From Lentimicrobiaceae bacterium (GTDB lineage Bacteria; Bacteroidota; Bacteroidia; Bacteroidales; Lentimicrobiaceae), in the NCBI GenBank assembly GCA_028697695.1, contig JAQVEI010000001.1:1-32292 (forward strand): 32,292 nt of DNA. Reading direction: 5' to 3'. Position numbers and translations under genes: made by a program. This document shows positions 1-9,255 of the stretch, piece by piece; within the stretch, counting starts at the first letter, position 1, and each line of letters begins with the position of its first letter. The notes beneath the pieces were generated by a model. The model did not search any database, was not told the DNA's origin, and worked only from the letters and a program-made list of their open reading frames with translations.

Positions 1-873
1 GCCAGCAGTCAATGCGGAATTGGGGGTAAGTCAGGACACAAGAATAGAGAACCCTGTAGGGGTTCAACTATCAATAACTATAGGTAAGTGGGCAGGACTT
101 TCCAGGCCTTAGCTGGCTTTTTCCCGGAAAGTTAAGGAATAGTTCAACACCTCTGGGGTGCATGGCTACCTGAAAATAAACCCCGGAGGGGTTTAACTTT
201 AAATAACCCCCAATGGAGCATGGCTGCGCCAGCAGTCATTGCGGAATTGGGGGTAAGTCAGGACACAAGAATAGAGAACCCTGTAGGGGTTCAACTATAA
301 ATAACTATAAGCAAGCGGGCAGGACTTTCCGGGCCATAGCTGGCTTTTTCCCATAAAGTTAAGGAATAGTTCAACCCCTCTGGGGTTGCAATTTGTTTCC
401 ACACACTGTACCCCCGGTATTGGTCAGTTACCTTCGGCAACTGACCCTACCGGGGGTTATTCATAGTCGAACCCCGCTGGGGTTCTATATGAAAAAAACT
501 ACGAAGATGCTGTGAAATGCAGTTCCTTGCCAAGCCCCGCCGGGGTTTTGAAGCCAATTGTAAAATAAACCCCGGAGGGGTTTAACTTTCAATAACCCCC
601 AATGGAGCATGTCTGCGTAAGCAGACATTGCGGAATTGGGGGTAAGTCAGGACACAAGAATAGAGAAGCCCTGTAGGGGTTCAACTATCAATAACTATAG
701 GTAAGCGGGCAGGACTTTCCAGGCCATAGCTGGCTTTTTCCCGGGAAGTTAAGGAATAGTTCAACCCCTCTGGGGTTGCAATCTGTTTCCACACTCTGCA
801 CTCCCGCTAGTGGTCAGTTACCTTCGGCAACTGACCCTACCGGGGGTTATTCATAGTCGAACCCCGCTGGGGT
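1..873. repeat. Tandem array of composite REP/BIME-like palindromic units: partial copy <1-160, full copies 173-484 and 562-873
   Basis: Near-identical blocks recur at offsets of 227 and 389 bp. Each full unit holds short palindromes (AACCCCGGAGGGGTT, AACCCTGTAGGGGTT, AACCCCTCTGGGGTT, AACCCCGCTGGGGT) separated by larger hairpins (ACCCCCAAT...ATTGGGGGT; CCCCCGGTA...TACCGGGGG enclosing GGTCAGTT...AACTGACC). Confidence 0.85.
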
Positions 874-913
874 GCTAATTGAACGAAAACAAAACTAAAC
901 CCTGATTAAATGC

Positions 914-938
914 AAAAACCCGGCTGTTCCGGGTTTTT
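914..938. terminator. Intrinsic terminator downstream of the EF-G2 gene, probably bidirectional
   Basis: AAAAACCCGG-CTGTT-CCGGGTTTTT, 26 bp past the stop at 965. Confidence 0.8.
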
Positions 939-964
939 ACATTTGTATGAGATAACAGCAAGCT

Positions 965-3100
965 TTATTCTTCTTCGCTTTCCTGTTCTTCGTATGCTTT
1001 TAGCAGTGCGGTCTGAACATCGCCCGGCACCATGCTGTATTCAGCAAATGAGAGCGAGTAAGAACCACTGCCACTGGTAAGTGAGCTTAACGCGGTAGAG
1101 TAGCGATTCATTTCAGCAAGGGGAACCTTGGCTTTTACGATCTGATAATGTCCTTCACTATCCATACCCATAATCACAGCGCGCCGCCCCTGCAAATCGG
1201 TCATAATGTCGCCCATGCGATCGGCCGGAACCATAACTTCTACATCGTAAATCGGCTCCAGAATTTTTGGTCCCGCATTTTTAAAGGCATCTTTAAAGGC
1301 ATTGCGGCCAGCCAGTTTGAATGCAAGCTCGTTGGAATCAACCGGGTGCATCTTACCATCATACACATTAACAACAATGTCACGTGCATAGGAACCGGTA
1401 AGGGGACCTTCTTCAATTTTTTCCATTATTCCTTTGAGTATAGCCGGCATAAAACGGGCATCAATGGAACCACCAACAATACAGTTATTGAAAACCAGCT
1501 TCCCGCCCCAGGGCAGATCATGCATTTCAGTTCCGCGTATAGGGAATTCGGTTTGGTTGACCATATTTTCTGTATACGGCTGAATCAGCATATGCACTTC
1601 ACCAAACTGACCCGATCCACCCGATTGTTTTTTATGACGGTACATGGCTTTTGCCTGCCGGGTAATGGTTTCACGGTAAGGTATTTTGGGGGTGTAATAT
1701 TCAATGGCGATTTTTTCAATATTTTCAATATGCCATTTGGCAATATTCAGATGAAGTTCGCCCATTCCACGAATAAGTATTTGCTTGAGTTCCTTAGATT
1801 ATTCAATACTAATGGTAGGATCTACCTTTTGAAGTTCTGATAGTGCAGCTCCAAGCTTCTCATCATCGGAGGTGTTTTTAGCCTTCACTGCCATGGTAAT
1901 TTTGGAGGCAGGGAAAACAATGGGCTCAATAACCTGACCAGCGATCTTTGGAGTGTTGATGGTATGATTGGTACGTACGTTCTTCATTTTAATGGCTGCA
2001 GCAATATCTCCGGCCACCACCTTTTCGAGCTTTTCACGCTTTTTACCGGCTACGGCAAACATTTGGGAAATGCGCTCTTTTGAAGAATTAACACCATCAA
2101 CCATATCCATAGCTTCAGTAATTTCGCCTGCATATACCTTAAAGAACGAAATCTCGCCAAGGTGTTCTTCAACAGCGGTTTTAAAAATCAAAGCAGAAGC
2201 CGGATCAGCCGGGTTACAGTTCAGTTCCTGACCCTCTTTGGTAGGCCTGCCCGGAACTTCGTCTGGTGCAGGAAGCGTACTTACTATAAAATTAAGCAAT
2301 GCATCCACACCAAAGTTAGGCTTGGCAGCTACGCAAAGTACCGGAAACATACCACGATTTACAATGCCCAGTTTTAAACCGCGGGCAAGCTCTTCAGCGG
2401 TAAGGGTTCCATGCTCAAAAAAGGCTTCCATCAATGATTCATCGTTCTCGGCAGCATTTTCAATCAAATTGTTGAGCATCTCTTCAGCTTTGGCTTTTTG
2501 ATCGTCCGGAATATCCATGACCTGCGCTTTACCGCCATTGGCATCGTATTTCAACATTTTTTGCTGAAGCACATCAATAATAGCATTGAACCCATGACCT
2601 TCGTTAACCGGATACTGGAAAGGAGTAACAGAGGCTCCAAATTGATTTTTGAGCTGGCGTAACGTCTCTTCGTAACTGGATTTCTCATGTTCGAGATGAT
2701 TTATCACGAATAGTACCGGAGTATTGATGGCACGGGTCTGACGCCAGTTGATCTCGGTACCAACCTCAACACCATTTTGGGCATTCACGACCATAAGGGC
2801 GGTGTCAACAACATTTAGTGCAGCCACTACTTCACCAATAAAGTCATCAAAACCAGGTGCATCAATAATATTGATTTTATGACCATTATGTTCAGCAAAA
2901 AGTACTGTTGATGATACTGAATTCTGACGCTCAAGCTCGATGCTCCGGTAGTCGGAAACAGTATTTTTATCTTCTATTGAACCTCGCCTGTTTATCACGC
3001 CACCCTCAAAAAGCATAGCTTCGGCCAGTGTGGTTTTTCCTGTTTTCGCACCGCCAATCAGGGCGATATTCCTTAACTCTTTTGTTTTATAAACCTTCAT
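965..3100 (-). pseudogene. fusA2: Elongation factor G paralogue (Bacteroidota EF-G2 type), 711 codons, interrupted by one in-frame TAA at 1799-1801
   Basis: ORFs 1799..3100 and 965..1765 share a frame: ...DPTISIE-TAA-SKELKQILIRG-MGELHL... EF-G motifs RNIALIG, GMGELHL, YRETI, HKKQSGGSGQF, HPVDS and ILEPI are present. The stop may be a real nonsense mutation or a sequencing error. Confidence 0.85.
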
Positions 3101-3144
3101 GTTTTTAATAAGTTATGATGTTGAATCCTTTTACGAAAGGGCAG

Positions 3145-3152
3145 CAAAGTTA
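3145..3152 (-). promoter_or_regulatory. Bacteroidota sigma-A -7 box (TAACTTTG) for the EF-G2 gene
   Basis: CAAAGTTA on + matches TAnnTTTG on -, about 45 bp upstream of the ATG at 3100. Confidence 0.6.
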
Positions 3153-3560
3153 TAAAAAACCCGTATAAAACAAAATGCTTTTATTAAATTGTCTTAAAGA
3201 ACTGTGAATGAGCAGGCAGACAAGGCAATAAGAATACCTGTAAATTTAACATTATTGCATCTTTTCTGGCCACTATCACAAAAATGGAAGCCATTTGTTG
3301 CGATTGATTTTTCTAAATATGCCAGGGTATAATTGCCGATCCTGCTACACGCAGAAGTGCTGCACAGGAGCTATTTTTACAGACGAAGGCGATTGAAATA
3401 CGAAAATGTGTCACCAGCACATGGGTTGGCTGTTCTCAAAATAAAGACCAAAGGACAGCTGACAACCGGTAAATGGCCGTGTACCTCAGTCATTGATACC
3501 GCTAGGAATAGTAAATCTCAAAGATTATAGTTTAAGGTTTACTTACTATAATCGCAGGTG

Positions 3561-4496
3561 CTACACTTGTGCCTGATTAATTTTGATATCGAACTGAACC
3601 ATATCAAAGAATCGTTGAATCCGGTTTTCAAGTTCTTCATTATTGAGTTGTTGAAGTCCTTCAACACCAAACTTCTCCACTGTAAATGAAGCCAGGGCCG
3701 ACCCATAAATAATGGCACGTTTCATATTGCTGAAGGAGATATCGCCTGTTTGAGCCAGATAACCAATAAAACCACCGGCGAAAGTGTCGCCTGCACCGGT
3801 TGGGTCAAAGACCTCTTCCAGTGGTAAGGCAGGCGCAAAGAAGACTTCATTTTTATGAAAAAGCAATGCACCGTGTTCGCCTTTTTTAATCACCAGAAAC
3901 CTGGGTCCCATCTGCAGAATTTTACGTGCTGCCTTTATGAGGGCATACTCTCCGGAAAGCTGCCGGGCTTCGGCGTCATTGATGGTAAGCACATCCACCA
4001 TACCAATTACCTCCAGCAGATCATCCCATGCGGTGTCCATCCAAAAGTTCATGGTATCCATTACAATAAGTTTGGGCCGTTTAACAAACTGTTCAATCAC
4101 CTGCTTCTGAATGGAGGGCGTTAGGTTGCCAAGCATCAAAAACTCATCGGAGCGGTAGGATTCCGGAACATGAGGTTGGAAATTACCCAGAACATTCAGC
4201 TCTGTAACCAGAGTATCTCGCGAGTTCATATCATTGTGGTAACGTCCAGACCAAAAGAATGTCCTGCCATCCTTCACTATTTCAATACCCCGGGTATCGA
4301 TATTGTTGTTTTGGAGCAATTGCAGATGTTCCGGGGGGAAATCGCCGCCCACAACCGATACAATGCCTGAATGCCCACCCAGTTTGGATGCCGCTAAAGC
4401 AATATAGGTGGCTGCCCCACCAAGAATTTTATCTGTTTTACCAAAAGGTGTTTCAATGGCATCAAATGCAACGGTGCCAACAACTACTAAGCGCAT
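3561..4496 (-). CDS. PfkB/ribokinase-family carbohydrate kinase
   Basis: N-terminal VVGTVAFD...LGGAATY and C-terminal PfkB signature DPTGAGDTFAGG; INDAEA motif. Confidence 0.92.
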   Translation of the reverse strand: MRLVVVGTVAFDAIETPFGKTDKILGGAATYIALAASKLGGHSGIVSVVGGDFPPEHLQLLQNNNIDTRGIEIVKDGRTFFWSGRYHNDMNSRDTLVTELNVLGNFQPHVPESYRSDEFLMLGNLTPSIQKQVIEQFVKRPKLIVMDTMNFWMDTAWDDLLEVIGMVDVLTINDAEARQLSGEYALIKAARKILQMGPRFLVIKKGEHGALLFHKNEVFFAPALPLEEVFDPTGAGDTFAGGFIGYLAQTGDISFSNMKRAIIYGSALASFTVEKFGVEGLQQLNNEELENRIQRFFDMVQFDIKINQAQV

Positions 4497-4537
4497 AATC
4501 AGTGTGTTAAAATGAATTCAGGGTATGTTTCCGACCG

Positions 4538-4545
4538 CAAAGTTA
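4538..4545 (-). promoter_or_regulatory. Bacteroidota -7 box (TAACTTTG) for the PfkB kinase
   Basis: CAAAGTTA on +, about 42 bp upstream of the ATG at 4496. Confidence 0.6.
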
Positions 4546-4546
4546 T

Positions 4547-4573
4547 AAAAAACCGGCGGGCAGACTGCCGGTT
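4547..4573 (-). terminator. Probable intrinsic terminator of the 4687..5025 gene
   Basis: On -: AACCGGCAG-TCTGC-CCGCCGGTT followed by a T run. It abuts the PfkB promoter. Confidence 0.5.
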
Positions 4574-4686
4574 TCACGCAAAAAACTATTTTTATTCCAG
4601 GAAATTTGTGGCCAGGCCCACCCCAACATGATTGATGAATAATGGATATCTGTGATCCGCGACAAATAATTTCCTCACATTAATGT

Positions 4687-5025
4687 TTACTTCCTTAAAA
4701 GGCCAAGGCTTTCCGGGCTGGGATATCGAATAAGTTTAGAGAAATCCTTTTTCCAAAAATCCAGATCAAGTAAACGCATGCTTTTGTCTCTGGTGAGGCT
4801 TATTACTACCTCCACCCCATCAGCATCCACATATTCCGCCTGTATAAGATCAACATCGTAAGCATCCGGATCGCTTCCGGTAAAATGAATGCTGCCCATA
4901 ACACCGCCTTCATATTCATAAACATGCTCCGCAATTGGGTATTCCTCAGGGGTTGAATCACATTTTTCAAGCAAGAATGCAACAAGCTTTATTTCCTCAG
5001 GACGAATTTTTCTCGTGGTATTCAT
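4687..5025 (-). CDS. Small hypothetical protein, DUF6984-like
   Basis: Pattern GGVMGSI...YVDADGVEVVISL...LDLDFWKKDFSKLI resembles the DUF6984 family (from memory). The ATG at 5025 is preferred over the TTG at 5049. A -7 box CAAAATTA lies at 5163-5170. Confidence 0.6.
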   Translation of the reverse strand: MNTTRKIRPEEIKLVAFLLEKCDSTPEEYPIAEHVYEYEGGVMGSIHFTGSDPDAYDVDLIQAEYVDADGVEVVISLTRDKSMRLLDLDFWKKDFSKLIRYPSPESLGLLRK

Positions 5026-5235
5026 CTTTTTTAAAAATGTATAGGTCAAACATTAATTTTTTAACAAAAAACCAATACTATTTTGCCACTTAAATGGCCA
5101 TTATGCCTGAATGAGGGTTAAAACAGCAGGGCAAAACAGACAATTATGCTAAAACCCGGCTGCAAAATTAATATTTTAACAAATATTTAGCATTTTTCAA
5201 CATTTACAGCTATTGACATGTTTTTTCAAATAGAT

Positions 5236-5243
5236 TATATTTG
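5236..5243 (+). promoter_or_regulatory. Bacteroidota -7 box (TATATTTG)
   Basis: Exact TAnnTTTG followed by CA, upstream of the 5363 gene. Confidence 0.5.
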
Positions 5244-5362
5244 CATCTTCGGGATAAGTTCTTTTTTTGAAAAGACACTTCGACACACATCTACTTACCT
5301 CAACTTCTCTAAAACCTCAGACTTGTTGTTCTGAGTTTTCAGTCTAATTAATAATCTGTGCA

Positions 5363-6979
5363 ATGAAAGCTATATTTTACATTCTCTGTTTTTTTGCCGT
5401 GTTTGAAACGGTTTCTGCCCAAACGATGTTTCGCAGTGGCACATTTCTGCATCACTCCACCGGACAAAATTTATGGGGGCCCAATGGTTCCTCCACGAGC
5501 ATTCCAGCACAAATAGCCCAATACAACACTGCTCATGGCTTAAGTGGAAGTAATGCGGTAAGTATGGCCCAACAGGGGTGGCCTTTAAATCCATGGGAAA
5601 ACGAGTGGGAGCGCTGGCACCGGATATTTAAAGGCCAGGATCCTGCCGCCAACATTCAGCCCATACTCGATGGTAACAGCATCATCGTGATAAAATCCTG
5701 CTTTCCTTCTTCTGCAATAACCGGTATGGGTCAGCCTTCAGATACACTGGCATTTACACCCAAAACGGTATATAATTACAAATGGCATTGGCGCCACATT
5801 ATCCATGAGATGGCTCAACGCCCTCAGAACTATTTTGTAATCTGGACCAATGCACCTTTAGGTGCTGCCAGCACCAACCCTGCCGCCGCTTCGCTTGCCA
5901 AAAAATTTTGCACCTGGGCAAAAGACACCCTCGCAATGGGCCTCGACCCCGAATTCGGCAGCTTCCCGTCCAATGTATATGTGTTTGACTACTTCCGTAA
6001 AATAGCAGACGAAAATGGAATGGCTCCTCCCGGATTGTGTGTGAGCACCACCGACAACCATCCCAATGCCGCAGCTACTGAACTTATTGCCCCACAGTTT
6101 GTAAACGAAATTTTTGATGCAGCCATTCTTTACGAACAGGGTGGATCCATTCTTGAGGTAAGCCCAATGCAACAAATGGTGCCCCCTGATGCAGACAATT
6201 TTAATTACCAGGTAACCTCAAATACTACATGGATGGCAAGCAGCGACCAGCCCTGGTGTACAGTTACTCCACAAGCAAGTGGTAATGCAATCCTTACAGC
6301 CACTTTTGGAATTAATACCGGCGAAACACGAGTGGTGCAAATTACTACCGTGGCTCAGGGAAACAATCCGGTAGTAGTTACCCTTACCCAGGAAGGAGTT
6401 GAGGATAAAGTGCTAAATATCAACTCATTGCTTATTGAAGGATTGTATGAAGACAACGGATTGATGCGGGCATGTATGGATGAAAATGGATATAAATTTG
6501 GTAGCTCAATTGCTGATATGGTCACTATTCAACTTCGGAACCCTGATAATTTTGCTCAAATCGGGTTTGAAGCCTCGCAAATTCCACTAAGCCTGAATGG
6601 AGACGCATCTGTGAATCTGCCTGCCGGCATTTCCGGCAATTATTACCTCACGATAAAACATCGCAATTCCATTGAAATCACTTCAGCTCAGCCGGTTTCA
6701 TTCTCAACTCCTTCCATAAGTTATTCATTCAACCATTCATCAAAAGTTTACGGACAGCAATTGCTGATAAAAGACAACCACTTCATGATGTATTCAGGAG
6801 ATGTAAATCAGGATGGGCAGATAGATACCTCCGATGTGGCATCTATTGATAATCAGTCTGCCAATTTTACCATTGGATATACTTCAGAAGATGTAAATGG
6901 TGATGGAGTCACCGACATGGCAGACTTTACTTTTGCGGATAATAACTCAATGTTGTTTATCAGCAAAATTACACCCTGA
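5363..6979 (+). CDS. Secreted multidomain protein: SGNH-like N-terminal domain, BACON domain, C-terminal dockerin/EF-hand-like domain
   Basis: Signal peptide (…VSA|Q). FLHHSTG and DNHPN motifs. BACON-like VTSNTTWMASSDQPWCTV...NTGETR. Paired Ca-binding-like loops GDVNQDGQIDTSD and EDVNGDGVTDMAD. Confidence 0.7.
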   Translation: MKAIFYILCFFAVFETVSAQTMFRSGTFLHHSTGQNLWGPNGSSTSIPAQIAQYNTAHGLSGSNAVSMAQQGWPLNPWENEWERWHRIFKGQDPAANIQPILDGNSIIVIKSCFPSSAITGMGQPSDTLAFTPKTVYNYKWHWRHIIHEMAQRPQNYFVIWTNAPLGAASTNPAAASLAKKFCTWAKDTLAMGLDPEFGSFPSNVYVFDYFRKIADENGMAPPGLCVSTTDNHPNAAATELIAPQFVNEIFDAAILYEQGGSILEVSPMQQMVPPDADNFNYQVTSNTTWMASSDQPWCTVTPQASGNAILTATFGINTGETRVVQITTVAQGNNPVVVTLTQEGVEDKVLNINSLLIEGLYEDNGLMRACMDENGYKFGSSIADMVTIQLRNPDNFAQIGFEASQIPLSLNGDASVNLPAGISGNYYLTIKHRNSIEITSAQPVSFSTPSISYSFNHSSKVYGQQLLIKDNHFMMYSGDVNQDGQIDTSDVASIDNQSANFTIGYTSEDVNGDGVTDMADFTFADNNSMLFISKITP

Positions 6980-7210
6980 TACTACCCGGACAATGTTGTG
7001 TCGGACAGTTAACCACTTAAATTAACACTCAAACGGCCATTTAAATTAAATAATCTGAATATGAATTAAATTTTTCATAATTTTAAGCTCAAAAAGACGA
7101 TTTAATGTCTATTGGAAACTAAACGGCAGTAATTTAACTGTATGATGATTGATTATGTATGGCCTGAATTTCTATCAAAAACATTAAATTTTAATCTGTA
7201 ACCATTATAT

Positions 7211-9063
7211 ATGCGCATTCCACTGCACAGATGGAAACTAAAATACAACAACTTCACCCTGAACTTTACCGGACAGGATGAAGTGATGTTTAGACAGAAA
7301 TATTTTAATGACTCCCTGTTTCAATTTCGGTTTGCTTTTATTCTGATCATTGTATTATACAGCAGCTTTGGATATCTGGATACCCAATTATTTGCTGAAT
7401 ATGCTACTTTTCTGTTTATAGTCCGTTTTGGAGTGGTGGTTCCGCTATTCGCCATGGTGCTGCTATTGTCTTACACCCCTTATTTTCTTTTCGAAAAATT
7501 TGGCAAACAGCCATTTTTATCTCTTTTCTTACAGGAGGAGCAGGCATTACATTGATGACCATGATAATACCTGAAAGTTACAGCTACAACGCGGGTATGT
7601 TATTGGTTTTCTCAGCAGGCTATTTCTTTGTGAAGCTTCGTTTCCTTCTGGCCAGTATAGCCGGTTGGCTCTTACTGCTCATATACAATGCCGGAGCTTT
7701 ATATTTTGTTCAAACTCCGGATATAGTATGGCTGACCAATAATTTCTTTTTTATTGCTGCCAACATTATTGGTATGGCAGGAGCATACAACATTGAGTAT
7801 TACAACAGACAAAATTTTCTTTTAAACCTGAAACTGAACCGGGAGAGGCTAATTGTTACCGAAATGAACAATAATCTCGAAGCTCTTGTGGAAGAGCGCA
7901 CCATTGAGCTTTTAATGGCTAAGGAGCTGGCCGAAACACACAGTGCAAATATCACTGCCATCATCGAGGGAACCACAAACAGCATTTGGGCATTCAACCG
8001 CAAATACAAATTGCTATATGTCAATAAAGAGTTCCAATCACTTTTTAATTTATTATTTGGATTTATTCCTGAACCCGGACTCAACCTTATTGAAAGCGTG
8101 CCATCCAATGCCGGAAGGCAAAAATGGAAAGAGTATTACGACAGGGTATTAAATAATGAACAGTTTACCATAGAAGATTCCATCAATATCCCTAATCTGG
8201 GGCTGAGACACCTGCAAATCACTTTTAATCCCATTGTTAAAAACGGGAAAGTAACCGGTGGCTCATGTATCGGCACCGATACCACCCTTAGCAAACAATT
8301 GGAACTGGAATTATTGCATGCCAAAGAAAAAGCAGAAGAGAGCGATAGATTGAAATCGGCATTTCTGGCCAATATGAGCCACGAAATACGTACACCCATG
8401 AATGGAATTCTTGGGTTTGCAGATCTACTGAAGGAGCCCGACCTCTCAGCGGATCAACAGAAAGAATATATCGCAATCATCGAAAAAAGCGGAGCACGAA
8501 TGCTCAACGTTATCAATGATATCGTTGACCTTTCGCGGATCGAAGCCGGCCTGATGAAAACCAATCTCATGAAAGTAAATATTAATGAAATGCTTGATTA
8601 TCATTACAACTTCTTTAAACCGGAAGTTGAGGATAAAGGGTTGAGTTTGTTTTATAATAAATCGTTACCCGACCATACCGCAATTCTATATACCGACGAG
8701 GAAAAAACTTACGCTGAATTGACCAATCTCATAAAAAACGCCATTAAATTCAGTGATAAGGGCAGCATTCATTTTGGTTATACCCGGAAAAACCAATCTC
8801 TGGAGTTCTATGTAAAAGATACTGGCATTGGCATCCCTCCCGATAGGCAACATGCTATATTTGAACGCTTTATACAAGCTGACATTGCAGATTCACAAGC
8901 ACGGCAGGGTGCAGGGCTGGGTTTATCCATTTCCAAAGCTTACATAGAAATGCTTGGAGGGAAAATATGGCTGCACAGTAATGAAAAAAGAGGTTCTGCT
9001 TTTTATTTTATAGACGAAGATACAGAAACATCCACTCCTCAACGTGATTTATTGATTTGGTGA
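7211..9063 (+). pseudogene. Membrane-anchored PAS-containing sensor histidine kinase, frameshifted near 7483-7492
   Basis: H-box FLANMSHEIRTPMNGILGF, N-box NLIKNAIKF, G1 DTGIGI, G2 GAGLGLSI. ORFs 7211..7555 and 7552..9063 join into one hydrophobic frame (SYTPYF-RKIWQTAIFISFLTGGAGITLM) if one copy of the tandem TTTTC is removed. Confidence 0.8.
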
Positions 9064-9255
9064 TGAAGTGAGATGGTATATACTTTAAGTTTGTGGATTC
9101 ATCAAATTACCCATATACCGGCGACATTTATAAGGTCATTTATCACATTTCTGATGTAAATAAAAACCGCGGTAAGATGGGAAATCAGCATGAATAACTT
9201 TCGCCTTAATATAAAAAATGCATTACTTACTTAGTCACCGGAAAAATCTAAAAAG

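Noticed and set aside
1-873. CRISPR array
   Set aside because: The repeated units are hundreds of bp long and the sequence between palindromes is also repeated. There are no unique spacers and no cas genes in the window.
1799-1801. Stop-codon reassignment or selenocysteine/pyrrolysine recoding
   Set aside because: The codon is TAA, not TGA or TAG, and TAA terminates many intact genes in this window.
1148-1840. 230-aa + strand ORF and similar antisense ORFs inside the RND, atpD, C69 and BASS genes
   Set aside because: Shadow frames opposite well-supported genes, with no motifs.
3333-3530. 65-aa ORF or ncRNA in the EF-G2/PfkB intergenic gap
   Set aside because: TTG start, no motif, and no convincing structure recognisable by eye.
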